This document shows positions 1 through 8,282 of a stretch of DNA of 36,783 bases, piece after piece (within the stretch, counting starts at the first letter, position 1; the number at the start of each line of letters is the position of its first letter). The notes below the pieces were generated by a model. The model was not told the DNA's origin, ran no database searches, and saw only the letters and a list, made by a program, of their open reading frames with translations. This DNA is from a virus. Lineage: Duplodnaviria; Caudoviricetes. The DNA is taken from positions 1 to 36,783 of the IMG/VR virus record IMGVR_UViG_3300032319_001216; one strand, 5' to 3'. The position numbers and the translations under genes were made by a program.

Positions 1-123
1 CCCGAACGAGTACGCCCGCTTGATCATGTTGGTGGCGGTCGCCGCGCGGTTGGTACCGAGCGTGAGCGCGTCCGTGATGATCTCGGCGTTGGTGATCGTC
101 TGCGCCGCGAGCTGGTTGGACGG
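1..123. repeat. Terminal direct repeat copy 1 (circular assembly overlap), identical to 36661-36783
   Basis: The first 123 nt (cccgaacgag...ggttggacgg) recur exactly as the last 123 nt. The capsid ORF reads in frame across the join. Confidence 0.97.
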
Positions 124-723
124 ATCGACCAGCAGCAGGCTCGGCTTGAGGTACCGAGGAGCGTCGCCCGGGTGCCTGACCTTGAGGATCTCGGCCACGA
201 CGGCAGCGAGGTTCGTCGAGGTGAGCGGCTTGCCCGTGAACAGGTTGCCGTACGAGCCGCTCGCAGCGTCGTACGGGTTCACCGGGTGGTCGCTGGCGAA
301 GAACGTCTTGCCGTCGTAGCCCTTGTTGGTCTTGCCCTGCTGGATCAGCGACACGATCTGTCGCTGCGGCCAGTACGCGGACGCGCCGCCGGCGTCCGCC
401 GACCATTTGGCCGCGCGGTCGTACTTGTTGTCCTCGATCGAGTTGCGCGACAGCCGCAGGGCGGTGCCGAAGTTCTCGCTCTTGATGCGGTGCGAAACGG
501 CGACGATGTCCTCGAAGTCGAGCTCGTCACCGGACGTGCCGGTGGGACGGATCTGCGCCGTCTCGAGCATCCACTCGTAGAACTCCTCGAGCGTGCTGGC
601 GGTGTCGCGGATCGCGACCTTGTCCCACCAGAGCTGCGGCAGAATGCGGCTCCAGGCGTTGCTGAAGCGGACGTTCATGTTCGACTGCATCGTCATCATG
701 AACGTCGGAGTGATCTCGGCCAT
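1..723 (-). CDS. Major capsid protein, Mu gpT-like, N-terminal 241 codons (continues across the circular join to 36660-36415; about 322 aa in total)
   Basis: Not in the ORF track. Manual translation from ATG 723 gives MAEITPTFMMTMQSNM...EEFYEWML...SRNSIEDNKY...GYDGKTFFASDHP...LKPSLLLVDPSNQLAA. The YDGxxFFxxDHP and IED motifs are typical of Mu-like gpT. It is in frame with 36415-36687. Confidence 0.9.
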   Translation of the reverse strand, partial: MAEITPTFMMTMQSNMNVRFSNAWSRILPQLWWDKVAIRDTASTLEEFYEWMLETAQIRPTGTSGDELDFEDIVAVSHRIKSENFGTALRLSRNSIEDNKYDRAAKWSADAGGASAYWPQRQIVSLIQQGKTNKGYDGKTFFASDHPVNPYDAASGSYGNLFTGKPLTSTNLAAVVAEILKVRHPGDAPRYLKPSLLLVDPSNQLAAQTITNAEIITDALTLGTNRAATATNMIKRAYSFG

Positions 724-753
724 GTCCGTGATTCCTTTCTCGGGTGCCCGAGG

Positions 754-1425
754 TCAGGCGCGCTTCAGCGTGACGAGGACGCTGACGCCGGTGAGGTTGG
801 TGGCGGTCTGCTGCAACTGCGCAGCGACCGTGACGGTGCTCTCGAAGCTCGCCGACACGTCGGTGCCGTCCGAGATCTTCACCGCGCTCTGCACGACGTC
901 ACCGACGGCGGCGACGGCGCAGGTGCGAGCCGCCGCGCCGTTGCCGGCAGCGACCACGCCGGTGAGCAGCTTGCTCGCGAACGAGGGGCCCGCGGGCCCG
1001 ACGATGTCTGCCTCGACCCACACCGTCTGGACGCCGCCGACCGTCTCGATCTTCCACGCGGTGCCGGCAGCGCTGTGACCCGAGGAAACCGTGGTCGCCG
1101 TCTGGTCGTCCAGCAGGTACGCGGCGGTACCCATGTTCGGCTGCGTGAAGAGGTTGCCCGAGTCCCCGATGAACGGAAACAGCGTCTTCTCGCGGGGGAA
1201 GTCGACGTGACACTTGAGGTCTCCGTCCTGGCCCGAGGTGTTGTCGACGGTCGCGCTCGCGCGGCCGACGAACTTCAGGTTGGTGGCTTCGCTCGCGGGA
1301 GCGAGGAACCCGGAGACGAGCACGACGTACGCGCCCTTCCAGATCTTCACGCCAGCTTTCACCGGGAAGTCGAGACCCCCCGCCTTCTTCACGCGCGCCG
1401 CGCGCTCGATCGCCAGTGCCGTCAT
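754..1425 (-). CDS. Head decoration/cement protein (Mu-like phage type) with an extra C-terminal beta-rich domain
   Basis: PVKAGVKIWKGAYV...VDNTSGQDGD...YLLDDQT...VWVE pattern, located between the protease and capsid genes. Confidence 0.75.
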   Translation of the reverse strand: MTALAIERAARVKKAGGLDFPVKAGVKIWKGAYVVLVSGFLAPASEATNLKFVGRASATVDNTSGQDGDLKCHVDFPREKTLFPFIGDSGNLFTQPNMGTAAYLLDDQTATTVSSGHSAAGTAWKIETVGGVQTVWVEADIVGPAGPSFASKLLTGVVAAGNGAAARTCAVAAVGDVVQSAVKISDGTDVSASFESTVTVAAQLQQTATNLTGVSVLVTLKRA

Positions 1426-1428
1426 GGG

Positions 1429-2091
1429 TCAGGCCCTCGTCGTGGTTGTGGGGGCCGGAGCAGCCCGCCGGGTCATGTGGGTCGCGCGCAGGCGGCAGTC
1501 GGGCAGCTCCTCGACCGACTTCGCGGGCCGCTCGTCGGTGCCGAAGATCCGCCGCATGTGCTTGTCGTCTTCCGCCGGCAGGTTGGCCGCGGGACGGTTG
1601 CCGTCGGCTCCGCGGGGCACGCGCGCGCGCGGACGCACGCCACCACCGGCTTCGGCGCTCGCGCCGGCAGCCTCGGGCAGACCGTCGACGAACTCTTCGA
1701 ACGCCTTGGAGTCGCTGACCGCGAGGCCCTTCGCGAACTCGTGCAGCGTGTCGGGAATGCGATCCTCGTGCTTCGCAAAGAGGAGCTCCGCGCGAAGCTT
1801 CTTGGCGTCGTCGAGCGCCTGCGCGAGCTGGCGCGCCATCGCGACGCCGCCTGCCGCGGGAATCGGCGCCTGAGTCGCGTTCGACTCTTGCGCGGGCGGC
1901 GCGGGCGCCTCGTCGCCGTCGGGTTCGCCCGACATCGTCTTGCATGCGTCCATCGCCGCCTGGCACGCGGTGACGACCTTTCCGCACGCTTCGATCACCT
2001 CGTCCGCGGTGCCGCCGTCGCACGCGTCAGCGCACTGCGTGCACGCGTCGGCGGCCGCGCGGCACGCCTGCCCGATCTTTTCCGTTCCCAT
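1429..2091 (-). CDS. Probable nested in-frame scaffolding protein (220 aa) from an internal start
   Basis: GGAGG precedes the in-frame ATG at 2091 (gcGGAGGatccATG), just after a low-complexity linker. This parallels lambda C/Nu3 and Mu I/Z. Confidence 0.6.
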   Translation of the reverse strand: MGTEKIGQACRAAADACTQCADACDGGTADEVIEACGKVVTACQAAMDACKTMSGEPDGDEAPAPPAQESNATQAPIPAAGGVAMARQLAQALDDAKKLRAELLFAKHEDRIPDTLHEFAKGLAVSDSKAFEEFVDGLPEAAGASAEAGGGVRPRARVPRGADGNRPAANLPAEDDKHMRRIFGTDERPAKSVEELPDCRLRATHMTRRAAPAPTTTTRA

Positions 2092-3114
2092 GGATCCTCC
2101 GCTTGCCGCGCGAGCGGCCGTGATTGGCGTTGTCCCCGCGGCACCAGCGCGCGGGCGGACTCCTTGTGTCGACCTGGACGCCGACATGGCGGCCCGCGGC
2201 AAGCTCGCGACGCGCGGACCGATCGCCGCCGGCGCCACTACCGTCGGCCGGGCGCTACCAGCGCGAGCTTTGTCGGCCGCAAAAGCGAGGACGTCTTCCA
2301 GCGTCGCCACCCCATCGACGAGGCGAGCATCCACTGCGGCCTGTCCGACGAACTCCGCGCCGTCGAAGGCGCGGACCTCGTTTGCTGAGATCCCTCGCAC
2401 TGCCGCCACGGCTTCGTAGAACCGCGCGGCGGTTTCGGTCACCAGGAGCTTGGTGCGCGCCAGCGCCTTGTCTGCGATCGGGTCTGCCGGGTACTCGGCG
2501 GCCTTTCCCTCGGGATCGCGCACCAGCGTGATCGACAGTCCGACCTGCTCGAGCGCTTGCGTCTCATCGATCATCGGCACGAACACGCCGATCGATCCGA
2601 CCGCTCCTGCCGGAGGCACGTACACGCCGCCGTTGGCGACGCTCGACACGAGCCAGTACGCCGCGCTCGCGACCAGCTCGTCGGCGTACGCGAGGATCGG
2701 CTTGCCGGTGGCCTCACGCGCGGCGCGAATGCGACGGATCGCCTCTTCGAGGCCGGCGACGTCGCCGCCGGGTGAGTCCACGCGCAGAACCAACGCCCCG
2801 ACGTCACGCTCGTCCAGCGCCGCGATCATTCGCTCGGCGATCGCGTCGTACCCGTCGATGTAGCTGCACTCGTAGTCGGCTCGCTGCGCCAGCGGACCCA
2901 CGATCGACACGACGGCCACCTGCGTTCCGGCCGCGACCGGCCGAGAAGCGCCCGCGCGCGCGGCGTGCGGCGCGCGCCGTTCTGTTTCCTTGGGCCCGGA
3001 CGCGGACGCGAACGTGTGACCGACCGCGCGCGCTGCCAGCGCGAGCGGCATGCCGGCCCGGTGCGATGCGAGCGTCCGGGCGTCGAGGGTGAAGGATTCG
3101 CGGGAAGCGCTCAC
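1429..3114 (-). CDS. S49 (SppA-type) prohead protease fused to a C-terminal scaffolding region
   Basis: Motifs LRVDSPGG, ASAAYW, GSIGV and GAEFVGQAAVDARLVDGV; position directly after portal. Confidence 0.9.
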   Translation of the reverse strand: MSASRESFTLDARTLASHRAGMPLALAARAVGHTFASASGPKETERRAPHAARAGASRPVAAGTQVAVVSIVGPLAQRADYECSYIDGYDAIAERMIAALDERDVGALVLRVDSPGGDVAGLEEAIRRIRAAREATGKPILAYADELVASAAYWLVSSVANGGVYVPPAGAVGSIGVFVPMIDETQALEQVGLSITLVRDPEGKAAEYPADPIADKALARTKLLVTETAARFYEAVAAVRGISANEVRAFDGAEFVGQAAVDARLVDGVATLEDVLAFAADKARAGSARPTVVAPAAIGPRVASLPRAAMSASRSTQGVRPRAGAAGTTPITAARAASGGSMGTEKIGQACRAAADACTQCADACDGGTADEVIEACGKVVTACQAAMDACKTMSGEPDGDEAPAPPAQESNATQAPIPAAGGVAMARQLAQALDDAKKLRAELLFAKHEDRIPDTLHEFAKGLAVSDSKAFEEFVDGLPEAAGASAEAGGGVRPRARVPRGADGNRPAANLPAEDDKHMRRIFGTDERPAKSVEELPDCRLRATHMTRRAAPAPTTTTRA

Positions 3115-4547
3115 GCGGCCTCCTGCGCCGGCGGCGGCGCCGCCGCGGAGCTCGAGTCGGGCGTTGAAGCCGATGGGGTCGGAACGCCGAGACCGTCCGG
3201 AACCGCGTCGCCGTTCATGTCGCCCTTCACGGGCACCGCGAAGCGCGAGAGCACCTCTCGCACGTCCAGTTCGATGCGCTGCGCCTTGAGCGCGGCGTCG
3301 AGATCGATGATCGCTTTTGCGACCGCCGAGAACGACTCGGCTCCCGCCTTAAGGTCCGCGGGGGGTCGCGTGTCCCATGCGATCTGAGCGCTGTCGTTCG
3401 CGTTCACGTACGCGTGCACCACTGGTGGCAACGCCTGCGCATTCAGCGTGGCCGACAATGCGTTGCCGTCACCCTGGATCAGATCGCTCCGGATGGTCGC
3501 GTGGATGTTCGCGTTCGCGAAGCCCGTGCCGCCAGTGACCGTAACCACTTGGCCGGCGATCGCGATCATCGCCTCGCGGTCGCTCGTTTCGATGATCGCC
3601 GCAAACACCTCGAACCCGCGCCCGTTCGATTCGACCAGCTTGACGTCGTATCCCGGCGTGACGCCGAAGACGGTGTTCACGCCCCAGGCCATGACCGTCC
3701 GAAACCACGACTGCTTTTGCGCCTCGCCTGCGCCCTGCGGAGAGACCGCCACGCGGGCTGGGTTCGCGAGTTTCCCTGCGTAGTTCTCTCGGTGAAGGAT
3801 CGCGTGTTCCTTCGAGATGTACGCACGGCCCAGAGCCTTCCACAGGCCGCGATTCCATGGCTCGAAACGCCCGCGCGGCGTGTGGAGCACCCACGTGCCG
3901 TCTCCCGGGGAAATCGGCAACAGCCCGTCGAGCGAGCGGTAGTACCAGCGGTCCTCCGACCAGCGGTACAGCAGGAACTCGGGATCGAGCCTGACGAGCG
4001 TCGGATATTCGTCGGCTTCGCCCTGCATGAACATGCCGACACCGACGCCCAGCACGTCGCCATCCGCGTCGAGTTGCTCCAGTTCCGATGGCGGAAAAAT
4101 GCGGTCGAACAGCCCCGGTGAACCCTGCGTGCCCTCAAGTTTTGCCACGGCGTCGGGCGTGCCAGAAAAGCGCTTCGGCAGCCGCACCAGGCCGCCGGTA
4201 CGCGTGCCCAGCAAGCCCTGGATCGTGCCATCGCGACCGAACGCGCGGTAAAGCTGCGCTACCGCCGTCAGGTCGCCATTGCCTGCTCGCGTTTCGGCGA
4301 GCTCGATGTCGGCCTGCAACCAGCGGGTCTGGTTGACGGGTAGCGGTGACATCCGAGCCCGGCGCCCGGTCTTGCGACGCGGGTTCAAACGGGGCGCGGG
4401 AGGCGGGACATCGGCCGCAGAAACAGGCTCCGGATCAGGGGCGGCCGGCGACGACGGCGTCGCGGCGGGCGGAACAGATACGGCGGCTGCCAGCATCGCG
4501 ACGAGCGCGCGCCGTGCCCCAAGCCGAATCCGATCGCCGTTTCCCAT
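3111..4547 (-). CDS. Portal protein (probably Mu gp29/DUF935-like)
   Basis: 478 aa ORF between TerL and the protease. The C-terminal half (IAIAGQVVT...HATIRSDLIQGDGNALSATLNAQ) resembles DUF935 portals. Confidence 0.85.
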   Translation of the reverse strand: MGNGDRIRLGARRALVAMLAAAVSVPPAATPSSPAAPDPEPVSAADVPPPAPRLNPRRKTGRRARMSPLPVNQTRWLQADIELAETRAGNGDLTAVAQLYRAFGRDGTIQGLLGTRTGGLVRLPKRFSGTPDAVAKLEGTQGSPGLFDRIFPPSELEQLDADGDVLGVGVGMFMQGEADEYPTLVRLDPEFLLYRWSEDRWYYRSLDGLLPISPGDGTWVLHTPRGRFEPWNRGLWKALGRAYISKEHAILHRENYAGKLANPARVAVSPQGAGEAQKQSWFRTVMAWGVNTVFGVTPGYDVKLVESNGRGFEVFAAIIETSDREAMIAIAGQVVTVTGGTGFANANIHATIRSDLIQGDGNALSATLNAQALPPVVHAYVNANDSAQIAWDTRPPADLKAGAESFSAVAKAIIDLDAALKAQRIELDVREVLSRFAVPVKGDMNGDAVPDGLGVPTPSASTPDSSSAAAPPPAQEAA

Positions 4548-4570
4548 CGCCCATCTTTTGCCCGAAGTCG

Positions 4571-4602
4571 ACCGTTACAAACAAGGTGCGAACCGTTACA
4601 AA
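4571..4602 (-). promoter_or_regulatory. Tandem 11-bp direct repeat ACCGTTACAAA (4571-4581, 4592-4602) upstream of portal
   Basis: Two exact copies 21 bp apart in an AT-richer intergenic gap. The same core CCGTTACA is at 6937-6944. Confidence 0.6.
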
Positions 4603-4620
4603 GTGTAGAGCGCGAGCGAC

Positions 4621-6300
4621 TTACCCCCAGCCGACACCCTTGTACGGGTTGATGCCGCCGCCGCTTGCGCCGCCGTCGTTGCTCCAGTCTTCGTCGCCGT
4701 CGTTCTCGTCTTCCTGGTCTCCTGGCGCGTCGCGATACGTGATCGGCTCCCAGGTGGCGAGGGTGACGGCCTCCGCGCGATCGGGGCTGCGTCCCAGTTG
4801 CTTTCGTAGCTCGTCTTTCGGCGTGACCTTGGCTCGGTTGCGGTCGTTGAAGATCCACTTCGGGGCGTTGAGCTCTTTCGCCAACCGAGCATCCTCCGGA
4901 ATCGCTCCCCCCTCGCGCATCCACTGCTCGAGGTTCGCCCACAGCTTGTCGCGCACGCGGTCGTGCACGCGTCGTGGGTTGCCTCCGTCAGCAAGCTCGC
5001 TCGACCGCACGCCCACCAGCTCGAACGCCTGCGCGTTCATGTCCTGATGGCCCTTGAGCGTTCCGTACACGCGAGCGCCGATCATGCCTTCGCGGTCGAC
5101 GACGACCACGGCGGGCAGCTCGTTCGGGTGGCGGTGCTCGCGGATCATTCCCAGCAGGTGAGCGAGGTGCGCCTCTGGCGTGAGCCCTCGCATCGCGACC
5201 ACACCGAGCACCCTCATTCCTCTCCGCGTAGCAAACACCGTTTCGTCGCCATCGCCGCTTTCGCCTGCCGGATCGAGTCCGATGAACAAGCGACCGCCGG
5301 CGTCCGCGTCCGGCCACCGCATCTCCGCTTCCGCGATCGCGTGAAGCGAAATGATCTTCCCTTCTTCCTGGGGCACGTGAATACCCTTCACGCGCACGAG
5401 GTACATCGGACTCTTCTCACCCCACTCAAGCTTCTTCTCTTCGATCCACGGACGATCGGCGAGACCTGGAACGACCTTCCGACCTTCGGTGACGTTGGGT
5501 GTCTCTTCGGATGAGATGGTGAGCGTTGTGTAGAAGCGCGACTTCTCGTGAAACGCCTCGTAGAACTCCCCCTCGTTCTGCGTCGGGTTTCCCAGCAACA
5601 AGATCTTCGCCCCGCCTGCCCTGTTTCCCTCGATGGCCTCAAAGATGATGTCGGGAACGCCTGACGCCTCGTCAACGATGTAGAGAATCGCTGGTCCGCT
5701 GATGCCTGCAACGGCCTCCGCTTCGCGCGCCGTGAAACCCACCACTTCCCGAAAGTCCGCAGCTTTCAAGCCAGATCGGGCCAGCTCGTGGATCTCGCCG
5801 TCGATGATGCGCGAGTGCGGGCATGGCCGTGTCATCGGGTGCCCGGTCAGCGCGTCCTGCGCTTTGCACGCGATGCACTTGCCGCTCCGGGCGTACTGCA
5901 TACGCAGCTCGCGCCAGAGGATCTGCTCGACCTGGCGCGCGGTCGTAGACGACATGATGACGCGCGCGTTCGGAAACGAGCAGTAGAACCAGAGCGCGAC
6001 GCCCGCAGCGAGTGTGCTCTTGCCGACCTTATGGCCGCTCCGTACGGCAACGCGCTCGTGATCCCTCACCGCTTCGATGACTTCAATCTGACGCGACCAC
6101 GGTTCGAGCCCCAGCACGTCGCGGAAGAACCGCACCGGATCGTCTCTGTAGAGCGGCGACGGCCACGAATCGTCCCGCGTCGCAGCCGTGAGCTCGTCTT
6201 CGATCTCGGCCGCAAGGATCTCGAGGTCGGCAGCAAACGAACGAGGCCGTCGCGCGCCAGCGCGCAGCCTCGATAGCCTGCTGTGCTTCGTTTCGGTCAC
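4621..6300 (-). CDS. terL: Terminase large subunit
   Basis: Walker A region VRSGHKVGKS, Walker B YIVDEASG, coupling motif LLGNP, nuclease motifs IGLDPA...GDGDET and SPDRAEA. Confidence 0.95.
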   Translation of the reverse strand: MTETKHSRLSRLRAGARRPRSFAADLEILAAEIEDELTAATRDDSWPSPLYRDDPVRFFRDVLGLEPWSRQIEVIEAVRDHERVAVRSGHKVGKSTLAAGVALWFYCSFPNARVIMSSTTARQVEQILWRELRMQYARSGKCIACKAQDALTGHPMTRPCPHSRIIDGEIHELARSGLKAADFREVVGFTAREAEAVAGISGPAILYIVDEASGVPDIIFEAIEGNRAGGAKILLLGNPTQNEGEFYEAFHEKSRFYTTLTISSEETPNVTEGRKVVPGLADRPWIEEKKLEWGEKSPMYLVRVKGIHVPQEEGKIISLHAIAEAEMRWPDADAGGRLFIGLDPAGESGDGDETVFATRRGMRVLGVVAMRGLTPEAHLAHLLGMIREHRHPNELPAVVVVDREGMIGARVYGTLKGHQDMNAQAFELVGVRSSELADGGNPRRVHDRVRDKLWANLEQWMREGGAIPEDARLAKELNAPKWIFNDRNRAKVTPKDELRKQLGRSPDRAEAVTLATWEPITYRDAPGDQEDENDGDEDWSNDGGASGGGINPYKGVGWG

Positions 6301-6917
6301 GCGGCCCCGCCGTCGGCGAGCGAGCGCATCGAAGTCCGGAAATCCGCGAGTGCCACCGGGTGCCGCCGAAGTACGCCCTCAATCGCGTCGCGGATGCGCC
6401 TGTAAGCCGGCAGCCTCATCAGCCTGTCCTCGGACATCAACAGCGCCGCGCCCGTGATCTTGTGCAAGTGCGCGAGCAGCGGAGTGATGTCGCCCAAGAT
6501 TCGCGCGCGCTCGCGATGGTCGATCGTCTTGTCCTCGTCGACGGCGCGGCCGAGGTCGCGGACACGCTGCAGCATCGCTTCCGTCTCCTGCAGCACAGCG
6601 TCCGCCTGGGCGCGCACTTCCGGCGGCTCGGGAGGCATCGGCTTGCGTGGCGTCTTCGGCTGTTCGATTCCGCCTCGTTTGCGCCGGTCCGCCGCGCGCT
6701 GAGCGGGGTACTCGCCCGCGGCGAAGTCCCACGCGTCGCGCGGGATCCCGAGCACTCGCTCCAGCAGCAGCCGGTTGCTCGATTTCGGCTTGAGCTTCGA
6801 GTTGCGGTAGTTGGTGACCTGGACGCGGTTCAGGCCTGTGCGCGCGGCCATGTCCTCGTCCTGCATGCCTAGGCGCGCCATCACGTGCGCGCCGTGGTTC
6901 TTCACGATCTTCGCCAT
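6297..6917 (-). CDS. Probable terminase small subunit with N-terminal XRE-like HTH
   Basis: Overlaps the terL start by 4 nt. The N-terminus (DMAARTGLNRVQVTNYRNSKLKP...LERVLGIP) is HTH-like and the C-terminus is helical. Confidence 0.6.
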   Translation of the reverse strand: MAKIVKNHGAHVMARLGMQDEDMAARTGLNRVQVTNYRNSKLKPKSSNRLLLERVLGIPRDAWDFAAGEYPAQRAADRRKRGGIEQPKTPRKPMPPEPPEVRAQADAVLQETEAMLQRVRDLGRAVDEDKTIDHRERARILGDITPLLAHLHKITGAALLMSEDRLMRLPAYRRIRDAIEGVLRRHPVALADFRTSMRSLADGGAA

Positions 6918-6932
6918 GTCGATGGCCCGCCT

Positions 6933-7001
6933 CGATCCGTTACATTTCCGAACTCACCCAAATTCCGGTGCAGTTTCGCGACCCCCAGCGGCCTGGCCGC
7001 T
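6933..7001. promoter_or_regulatory. Intergenic control/packaging region upstream of terS: CCGTTACA motif (6937-6944) and perfect 7-1-7 palindrome AGCGGCC-T-GGCCGCT (6987-7001)
   Basis: Both elements are read directly in the only non-coding gap between ruvC and terS. Confidence 0.5.
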
Positions 7002-7011
7002 TCCCCTACTG

Positions 7012-7590
7012 TTAGACCCCCACCCGCCGGCGCCCTCGGGCGGCCACGGCGCGCGCCTTGCGGCGCTCCTCCCGCAGCGCGGCCGCCTGGAACAAGGGGG
7101 CTCCCGCACCGGCGCTCGACCACGCCTGAGCGGCCACCACGGCCAGCCCCATGGCATCGCGCGTGTGCGCGTTGCTCTTCCGCGGACCCGGCGGGTTCGA
7201 CAGCTTGAACACCAGCGCCCGCTGGATCTCCCTGTCCCGCGCCGCCGGCTTGCGGAGCAGCGCGTGGCGCCACGAGGCGGCGGGCACCTCGACGACCTGC
7301 AGCCCGTGGGCTTCGGCCCAGCCGACCAGCATGCCGTCGAGCCGCGCGCACGCCACCAGGTCGCTCACGTTGGTGCGCCCGCCGAACGATTCGCCGATCG
7401 TGCACTCCACCGCGACGACGTCCGCCGCCGCCTCGGTGAGCACGCTCTCCACCGCCTCGCGCGCGCCGCGCGGCTGGTCGGCGCGCAGCTCGCCGGACGC
7501 GCACAGGCGCACGCGCTCGAGCGGGCGATCGAGCTCGATCAACGCCCATCCCGTCGTCGCGCCCGGGTCGAACGCCAGCACGCGGATCAT
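7012..7590 (-). CDS. ruvC: RuvC-like Holliday junction resolvase
   Basis: VLAFDPGATTGWA, VVAVE and HTRDAMGLA carry the RuvC acidic catalytic residues. Confidence 0.88.
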   Translation of the reverse strand: MIRVLAFDPGATTGWALIELDRPLERVRLCASGELRADQPRGAREAVESVLTEAAADVVAVECTIGESFGGRTNVSDLVACARLDGMLVGWAEAHGLQVVEVPAASWRHALLRKPAARDREIQRALVFKLSNPPGPRKSNAHTRDAMGLAVVAAQAWSSAGAGAPLFQAAALREERRKARAVAARGRRRVGV

Positions 7591-8282
7591 GCGCCCACCG
7601 CCCTGGCCGTCGGCCGCTCTTCCAGGCGGATGTGCGTGACCCCCTCGACGAGGATCGCGTACGTCGCCGCGTCGTACTTCTCCACTAGGTGCTGCGATCC
7701 CTCATGCGTGCGCGGGTCGAACGGGCTGACGATGATCGTCTGTCGGCGGTCGCGGTGCCTCACCTTCAGCACCTCGACGATGGTCTCGTCGTACGTGGTC
7801 TCGCGGCCGAGCTCGTCGAGCACCAGCAGCGGCGCGCGCCGGCAGCGCCGGACCAGGTGCGGCTCGGACCCGCGGGGCGCATCGATGCGGGCCTTCGCGA
7901 GCGACCAGGACTCGACGTAGACCGGGTCGGTGTCGAGGACGTCCAAGCGCGAGCGGAGCATCGCGGCGGCCAAGGTGGTCTTCCCCGAGCGCGTCGGCCC
8001 CGTGATGAACGTCCGCGGGCGCCCAGCTGCGTGTACGGCCGCCTGCAGGATCTGCCCGAGCGAAAAGGGGTGCGGCGGCGTCACCAGCCCGGCGAGCGCG
8101 CGCTCCTCAAGGACCGCGTCCCGATGCAGCGCAGGCAGGATGCGGCGCACCCGGCACTCCTCGCACGGGTCGCGGGGGCGAGCCTGCCCGCATTCGCCGC
8201 ACGTGGCCGTCCGGGCGGCGTGACGCGCGCTCGCGCGCCGCGCTTCCTCGATGAGGTTCATCAGGTCTTGATCGACGTTCAT
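7587..8282 (-). CDS. DnaC/IstB-like AAA+ ATPase (helicase loader)
   Basis: Walker A GPTRSGKT, Walker B LLVLDELG, N-terminal CxxC...CxxC; follows the replication initiator. Confidence 0.85.
   Translation of the reverse strand: MNVDQDLMNLIEEARRASARHAARTATCGECGQARPRDPCEECRVRRILPALHRDAVLEERALAGLVTPPHPFSLGQILQAAVHAAGRPRTFITGPTRSGKTTLAAAMLRSRLDVLDTDPVYVESWSLAKARIDAPRGSEPHLVRRCRRAPLLVLDELGRETTYDETIVEVLKVRHRDRRQTIIVSPFDPRTHEGSQHLVEKYDAATYAILVEGVTHIRLEERPTARAVGA

Noticed and set aside
1-123. Biological terminal repeat of the virion DNA
   Set aside because: The repeat falls in the middle of the capsid gene and is better explained as assembler overlap of a circular or permuted sequence
172-2388. 738-aa plus-strand ORF and the many other long Arg/Ala-rich ORFs (e.g. 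11031-13244, 13652-14905, 22156-23427)
   Set aside because: Antisense or off-frame shadows of clear minus-strand genes, expected at this GC content, with no recognisable motifs
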